Part shown: piece after piece, positions 34,843 to 41,326 of the stretch
Layout: every line of letters begins with the position of its first letter
How positions within the stretch are numbered: position 1 is the stretch's first letter
DNA from: Octopus bimaculoides
Taxonomy: Eukaryota
Assembly (NCBI RefSeq): GCF_001194135.2
Contig: NC_068984.1
Coordinates: forward strand, 58,684,776 to 58,726,101
DNA length: 41,326 bases
Reading direction: 5' to 3'
Made by a program: the position numbers and the translations under genes
Notes under the pieces: model-generated
The model's input: only the letters and a program-made list of their open reading frames with translations
Databases searched by the model: none
Told to the model about the DNA's origin: nothing

Positions 34843-35405
34843 GAGTGAAAGAACAGTGCATGCCATCAAACTGACACTGGGGTAAAATATACAAAACCCA
34901 GTATATTCATCATTACTATCCATCTGATAAGGGTACACCAGGCACATGCATCACAACCATATGTGCACGACATGGTGATCTCATATCGAGATAAACAGTG
35001 CATGACCTTGCAGATAGAGCCCAGTTAGAATTTTCTTCAAGTCAAGCAGCCCATCCTGCTCAAAAGGTCCCTGAATAAGGGTTGTTTAAGGATGTTGAAC
35101 GAAACACCCATGTTTCCAGAGGTGAATTATCCAAGCCTCAAAGAATTCCTCTCAACACATAGCTATGATGCTCTCCCACTACTTCTGCTCATGATCAGAG
35201 ATGCACATATCGTCAGCCACTAAGGGACATGCTCAACTGGTTAAAGTCAAACAACTGACAAGCAAATCTGTGGTATTGAGCAGAATATTTGGTATACCCC
35301 ATCTTTTATACCAAGACAAAACAATGTACATGATAACACTTCAAATCACTTAAGATCAGAAGCCATGAGAGTCACTGCCTGGTATTGCATCAGGGAATCT
35401 ATTGC

Positions 35406-35438
<33 letters not shown>

Positions 35439-35727
35439 CATCATTATTATTGAGTGAGAGGGCAGTGCAAACCATCAAATTGAATCTAGGGTACAAGTAT
35501 ATGAAGCCCAATATACCCATCATGACTACCCATCTGATAAGGAGTACATTAGGCACATGCATCACAACCATATGTGTATGACATGGTGATCTCATATCAA
35601 GATAAATAATGCATGAACTTGCCGGTGGGGCCCAGTTAGAATCTCCTTCATGTTGAGTAGCCCATATAGCTCAAAAGCTCACTGAATAAGGGTTGTTTAG
35701 GGATGATGAACAAAACACCCATGATTC
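34843..35727 (+). mobile_element. family E full copy (34843-35399) plus head-to-tail partial copy (35452-35727)
   Basis: Both start GAGTGARAG directly after (TAT)n. Confidence 0.75.
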
Positions 35728-35819
35728 CATAAATTGACCACAGAAGGATATGATCTCAGAACATAAATGGCTGAAACTGAATACCACAGGGCATTTTGTT
35801 TGAAGATATTGTTTACTAT

Positions 35820-35985
35820 TAGGAAACCAGCATCCTGCATTACTTGTCAAGCCTTGGTCTGAAATCCATAAGGGAAGTGGAAATGAAGACACACTAAATA
35901 TAACTGGAGGTGAATTACTAAGGCAGAACTGGAAAGCAGGGTCCAACTGGACAGAAGCAGATAAGACAGCCCAGAGTCAAGAACA
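35820..35985 (+). mobile_element. RTE LINE C-terminal relic
   Basis: KPASCITCQALV*NP*GKWK*R..NWR / AGSNWTEADKTAQ matches ITRQALxWNPQGKRxRGRP..W..AQDR. Confidence 0.65.
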
Positions 35986-36059
35986 GCAGAGAAAAGTTGT
36001 CAATCAATACCCATAAATGTAATTGCCTATAAAAGGTAATTGGCCTAACATGGCTACAG

Positions 36060-37825
36060 TCTAAGAAAAAGAGAAGGAAAAGATACAAAAGAAAAAAGTA
36101 GAAAAAATTTAGAAGGCTAAAGGAAAAATAAAGCGAAAAGCATGAAAGTTAAAAAAGAAAACATTAAATCAAAAAATGAAAAAGTTTGAAAATAAAAGTC
36201 ACACAAAAGAAAAGAAGTGATAAACAAGTTGCTAATTTTTTGAAAAATTATAAAAATATAAAAATACATAGAAGTTTGATAAAAACCATGAAAATATAAA
36301 AAGATACGGAAAATTATAAAAATATGAAAATAAGTAAAACTATGATAAAAGAATTATAAGATGATAGAGGAAAGAAGTACAAAATTATTATTTTCCACTC
36401 TAGGCACAAGGCCTGAAATTTTGGGGAGCGGGGCAGTCAATTAGATTGACCCCATATGCAACTGGTACTTAATTTACCAACCCTGATGGGATGAAAGGCA
36501 AAGTTGACCTCAGCGGAATTTGAACTCAGAACGTAAAGACAGATTAAATACCACTAAGCATTTCACCCGGCGTGCTAACATTTCTGCCAGCTCACCTCCT
36601 TGAAGTACAAAAATGTTAAAATGTACAAAAGTAAAAAAAGTTATAAGAACAAAACAAGGAAAGTAAAAATTATAAACGTATTCAAAACTGAAAAAAATTG
36701 AAAAGATTTATATAAATATAAAATGACGCAAAGGTAGAAAAAATAAAAATATAAATAGACACAAAGATAAAATATTATAAAAAAAACATAAAAAGATTCA
36801 AAATCAAAAGAATTATAAAAATATAAAAAGACACAAACATAAAAAAATTAGAAAATATAAAACCACACAAAAGAAGAAAAAATTATAAAAATATGAAGAT
36901 TCAAATGTAAAAAAATTATAAAATGCAAGAAGACAAAAAAATTTTTTAAATAATGAACATATTAAGACTCAAATCTAAAAAAAAGTATAAGAACATAAAA
37001 AGAAAAGTTTAAAAAATCACAAAAATATAAAAAGAAAACTAAAAAATTACAAAACCATAAGATAAAAAAATTTAAGAAATAAAGATATAAGATGTAAAAA
37101 AAATCATAAAAGACATAGGATTAGAAAGAGAGTAAAAACATATGGTCTGAGGATTGCAGATTCAAATCCCTATAAGAGTAAGCATGACTGTGTAGTTAAG
37201 AAGTTTGCTTTGCAACCACATGCTTTTGGGTTCAATCACATAGTAAAGCACTTTGGGAAAATATCTTCTGCTTTAGCCCCAGGGCAACCAATGCCTTGTA
37301 GAGAAATTTCGTTGATGAAAACTATGTGGAAACCCACCATATATAAACATATATTTGTGTATGTGTGTTTATGAGTCTGTGTTTGTTTTCCCAACTACCA
37401 CCACTATTGGTTTGTTTATGTCTCTATAACTTAGCATTTCGGCAAAAGTGACTGATATAATAAGTAGCAGGCTTGAAAAGTGAGTACTGGGGTTGATCTG
37501 TTTGACTCCAATCCCTTCAAGGCAGTGCACCAGCAATGACTGGAACAAATGTTAATGAGAGTGCAATGACTGGAACAAATAAAAAATAAAAATAAATATA
37601 AAAATTCAAATGTTAAAAAAATTTATAAATAACCTAAAAAAAAACTGAAAAGTAAAAAATCACAAATGTATAAAAGACAAAAATAAAAAAGTATATGAAA
37701 CAATAAGGTGCAAAATTCAAGAAATTATAAAATATAAGATGCAAAACAATCATAAAAACAAAATAAATAAAACACTAAAACATATAAGACGCAAAAATGA
37801 AAAGCAATCATAAAAATATGTGGAT
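36060..37825 (+). repeat. A-rich degenerate minisatellite, interrupted by SINEs
   Basis: Recurrent AAAAATTATAAAAATATAAAAAGAC-like units with very strong A skew. Confidence 0.7.
36391..36602 (-). mobile_element. family B tRNA-SINE, well preserved
   Basis: AAGGAGGTGAGCTGGCAGAAATGTTAGCACGCCGGG..GAGTTCAAATTCCGC..TTCAGGCCTTGTGCCTAGAG. Confidence 0.85.
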
Positions 37826-38612
37826 GTGTGGTAAGAAGCTTGCTTCCCAACCACATGGTTCTGGGTTCAGTTCCACTGCGTGGCACTTTGGGTAAATGTC
37901 TTCTACTATAGCCTTGGGTTGACCGAAGCCTTGTGAATATATTTGGAAGATGGAAATTGAAAGAAGCATGTTGTATATGTGTGTGTGTGTATGTGTGTTT
38001 TTGTGCCTGTGTTTGTTCCCCCGCCACCACTTGGCAACTACTGTTGGTTTGTTTACGCAAAAGTGTAACTTAGCAGTTCAGCAAAAAGGGTCCGCTAGAA
38101 TAAGTACCAGACTTAAAAAAAAAGATAAGCATTGGCATCGATTCATTCAACTAAAAATTCTTCAAGATGGTGCCCCAGCATGGCCACAGTCTAATGACTG
38201 AAACAAATAAAAGATAAAAAGAAACAAAAGAAAAATTAAAGAGACAGATGCAGGCATGGCTGTGTGGTAAGAAGCTTGCCTTCCAACAACATGGTTCTGG
38301 GTTCAGTTTCATTGTATGGCACCTTGGGCTAGTGTCTTCTACAATAGCATTGGGCCGACCAAAGCCTTGTGAGTGGGTTTGGTAGATGGAAACTGAAAGA
38401 AGCCCATTGTGTGTGTGTTTGTCTTTGTGACTGTATTTGTCCCCCCCACCATTGCTTGACAACTGGTGTTGGTGTGTTTACATACAAATAACCTAGCAGT
38501 TCAGCAAAAGAGAACCGATAGAATAAGCACGGACTTACAATGAATTAGTCCTGAGGTTGATTTCTTCGACTAGAAAACCCTTCAAGGCTGTGCTCCATAT
38601 ATGAAGAGTGGA
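37183..38612 (+). mobile_element. three co-oriented family A SINEs (~37183-37585, 37822-38222, 38250-38612)
   Basis: Each repeats the head, central GT tract and 3' body. Confidence 0.75.
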
Positions 38613-39044
38613 ATGAACGAATAAGCATGAAAGAGCTGATAGACAGAAATAGAGTTGTACAAGATTTAGAAAAATGTATACTTACATATAAATAAGAGAC
38701 TAAAGTGTACGCACGCCACTATATATATATATATATATATNNNNNNNNNNNNNNNNNNNNNNNNNNNNNNNNNNNNNNNNNNNNNNNNNNNNNNNNNNNN
38801 NNNNNNNNNNNNNNTATATATGTATATATATATATAAAATACAAAATGGGACAAGAACACAAAACATCCGAAAGATCAGGCTTATATACATATATATATA
38901 CACACACACACACACGTATATATACATATTATACACACACACACACATATGGTGTCCACAAATTATATCTACAGCTTTTACAAGAATTTTTTATAATTCT
39001 AAATATTATTAATGGACACCCTATAAAATACAAATTGATTATAT

Positions 39045-39210
39045 ATATATTCATTTCTTTATTGCCCACAGGGGGCAATAGACGGGACAAACAAAGACAG
39101 ACAAAGGGATTAAGTCAATTACATCGACCCCAGTGCGTAACTGGTACTTGTTTAATCGACCCCAAAAGGATGAAAGGCAAAATCAACCTCGGTGAAATTT
39201 GAACTCAGAT
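39045..39210 (-). mobile_element. family B SINE variant, partial
   Basis: CTGAGTTCAAATTTCACCGAGGTTGATTTTGCCTTTCATCC on the minus strand. Confidence 0.65.
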
Positions 39211-39990
39211 ATTGGGTGATATAGGATATCTAAAATCATAGTACAGAAAGTACTTATGATAGATGTAAGCTCAGAAAGGATCTGAGACGTTATCTTAATG
39301 TTGCTTAGCCTTGATCAAGCAGACCTGCAATCAATGGTTGTTATTCTTTTATTTTTTTTATGCATCCCAGCTCAAAGGCTACAGCCATGCTGGAGCACTG
39401 CCTGTAAAAATATTTAAACTGCAAATGTTACATATTTACGACAAAGATAACAAAAAATTATACCAACTGCTGCAGAATTAGGCCAAAGACAACTGTATTG
39501 TTTCTTTTTTTTTTTTTCAGACAATTATATTGTATTTTTTTGAAACAGTATTGTATTTTTTAGGACTACACTATGTAGTATATCCATCACTTTTTGAAGG
39601 CAGTAAAGTGTTATTTGATAGAAACTTGGCTGCTATTTCTAGCTGTTCAAGCAAGTGACCATGAAGAAATTTCCTTGTTGGCTGAGAGTAAATCTTGTCA
39701 AACATGTAATCATATGCATACCAATATCTATAAGGATAACTAAACACATACACACACACACACACACACACACCATACAACTCCCAACATGCTCTCACTC
39801 TCTCTCTCTCTCTCACACACACACATATAAACACACACATACATCATCAAAAAATACTAAAGAGGAGCTAATGGTTGTCATAGCAATAAAACTACTCCAT
39901 AGGGAGATGAAACTCTACCATTAATTACTGCAACAAAGCGTTAAACCATGAGGTCAGTATTGAACTATTATGCACAATTGTAAGCACACA

Positions 39991-40054
<64 letters not shown>

Positions 40055-40337
40055 TGTTTTCTCTACCACCCAGTCATCATAACCACCACCATCACCTTAT
40101 TCTGCAGCCTCCGCAATCAATGTCCATCAGTGGTCATAAAACATACTGCTACACTTTTTTTCATTGGTTTCAGTCATTCTATGTAATCATATTGGAGTAC
40201 CACCTTGAACTTTAATTCCCAATATTTTGTCTGCTACTTATTTTATCTATTTCCAACATCATAAAGAGAAATAGCAAAGCTAATCTGGGTGTAAAAAAAG
40301 GATATAACAAGCATGTAATAAAATACCAGAATGTAAA

Positions 40338-40683
40338 AGAGTAAAGATCCCCTTTGGTCATGAATGACCATGGGATTGCACCTAGAAAGTTCCCCTCCAA
40401 GGCACAAGTCTCGGTAAGGTTGTTTTTTATGGAAAACCAGCAGTTGTCCATGCATATCCATCTCCCCTCTCCAAGTCACCGATGTTATCCATGGGAAATG
40501 CAAAGACCAATACAGCTTGGTACCAATGATGCCATGAGTCATTTCTACAACTGAGTGAACTGGGACAGCATGAAATAAAGTGTCTTGCTTAAGAACACAA
40601 CACACAGCCTGGTCTGGGAACTGAACTCATTACCGCATAATTGAGAGCTCAACGCTCTAACCAGTGAGTCACATGCCTTCACA
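40338..40683 (-). mobile_element. family C tRNA-SINE, full length
   Basis: GTGAAGGCATGTGACTCACTGGTTAGAGCG head and GGGGATCTTTACTCTTT tail. Collinear with 16863-17160. Confidence 0.75.
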
Positions 40684-40821
40684 CCAGAATGTAACTGTTT
40701 TATATATTGATTCTGCCAACTCATGCAGGCATGAACATACATATATACATACTTACATAAATGCATAAACATAAACACAGCTACACAAATGAACACACAC
40801 ACACACACACACAAACACATA

Positions 40822-41000
40822 TCATTTTATAACTGTATCGACCAGACTATCAGATGTTGTTACACACCACTGGTCATGATCTGCTTCCTTGCATTGTTGT
40901 AGTTTTTGAATGATGTCACCCTGCTGCCTAGGTGAGCAGACAATGATACTCCCTGAACAGAATGCCACTCCATCACAGGGTTATCCATTTACTACTGACT
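40822..41000 (-). mobile_element. SINE fragment with V-domain-like core
   Basis: CCCTGTGATGGAGTGGCATTCTGTTCAGGGAGTA resembles the V-SINE core CCCTGTGATGGACTGGCGACCTGTCCAGGGTGTA (recalled consensus). Confidence 0.45.
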
Positions 41001-41045
41001 GCTACCATTTACACACAATTATACACACACACACACACACATATA

Positions 41046-41076
<31 letters not shown>

Positions 41077-41077
41077 C

Positions 41078-41326
41078 GAGGTATTTCGTGTTGCAAGACA
41101 GTGTAGGAGAGAGAATAGTGATGTTGTAGGAGAGAAATGTGTTCGCATGGATGATGGTACGCTTGCATTAAATGAGGATGCAAAGAAAGAGGTCTGGAGA
41201 TGCCACTACGATAGATTGCTTAATAAAGAGAATGAATGGGAGAAAGAGAGCCTGCCGTATGTCGACCCAATAGAGGGACCAGCTATCCGAGTTGATAGTA
41301 CCAGGGTAGATAAAGCAATGAAGAGT
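41078..41326 (+). mobile_element. RTE LINE ORF fragment, open to the window end
   Basis: 83 stop-free codons: EVFRVARQCRRENSDVVGEKCVRMDDGTLALNEDAKKEVWRCHYDRLLNKENEWEKESLPYVDPIEGPAIRVDSTRVDKAMKS, the linker just upstream of RT. Confidence 0.8.

Noticed and set aside
38948-39025. Tiny mariner-like MITE (TATGGTGTCCA / TGGACACCCTATA)
   Set aside because: Inverted ends are short and imperfect. Not supportable without other copies.

Overview
Eukaryotic, AT-rich, gap-ridden draft sequence. The tRNA-headed SINE families, RTE/RLE/Penelope retroelement relics and very dense (AT)n/(GT)n/(TAT)n microsatellites look like a coleoid cephalopod (Octopus-like) genome; this is inferred from repeat style, not proven. 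I see no intact gene, no rRNA, no functional tRNA and no CRISPR array. Almost all of the supplied ORF track is artefact from N-runs and microsatellites. Recognisable content is decayed transposons: pogo/Tigger, DD37D, Tc1, mariner, hAT and piggyBac-type DNA elements; RTE, RLE (R4/Dong-like) and Penelope retroelements; and about 25 SINE copies in 4-5 families. One plausible host exon lies at 1438-1604 (-), with a possible ETS-motif promoter nearby, and there is a CpG-rich patch at about 21.6-22.8 kb. The most interesting signals are RNA-structural. (1) A minimal, probably dimer-dependent hammerhead ribozyme with an intact core at 28157-28202 (-), plus a one-mismatch copy at 9770-9831 (+). (2) An unexplained, hairpin-dense 344-bp directly repeated unit at 9176-9535. 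(3) A ~550-bp element that sits in (TAT)n tracts, including SINE tails, and builds a ~2.2-kb composite fold-back at 33171-35399. All alignments, translations and folds were done by eye.
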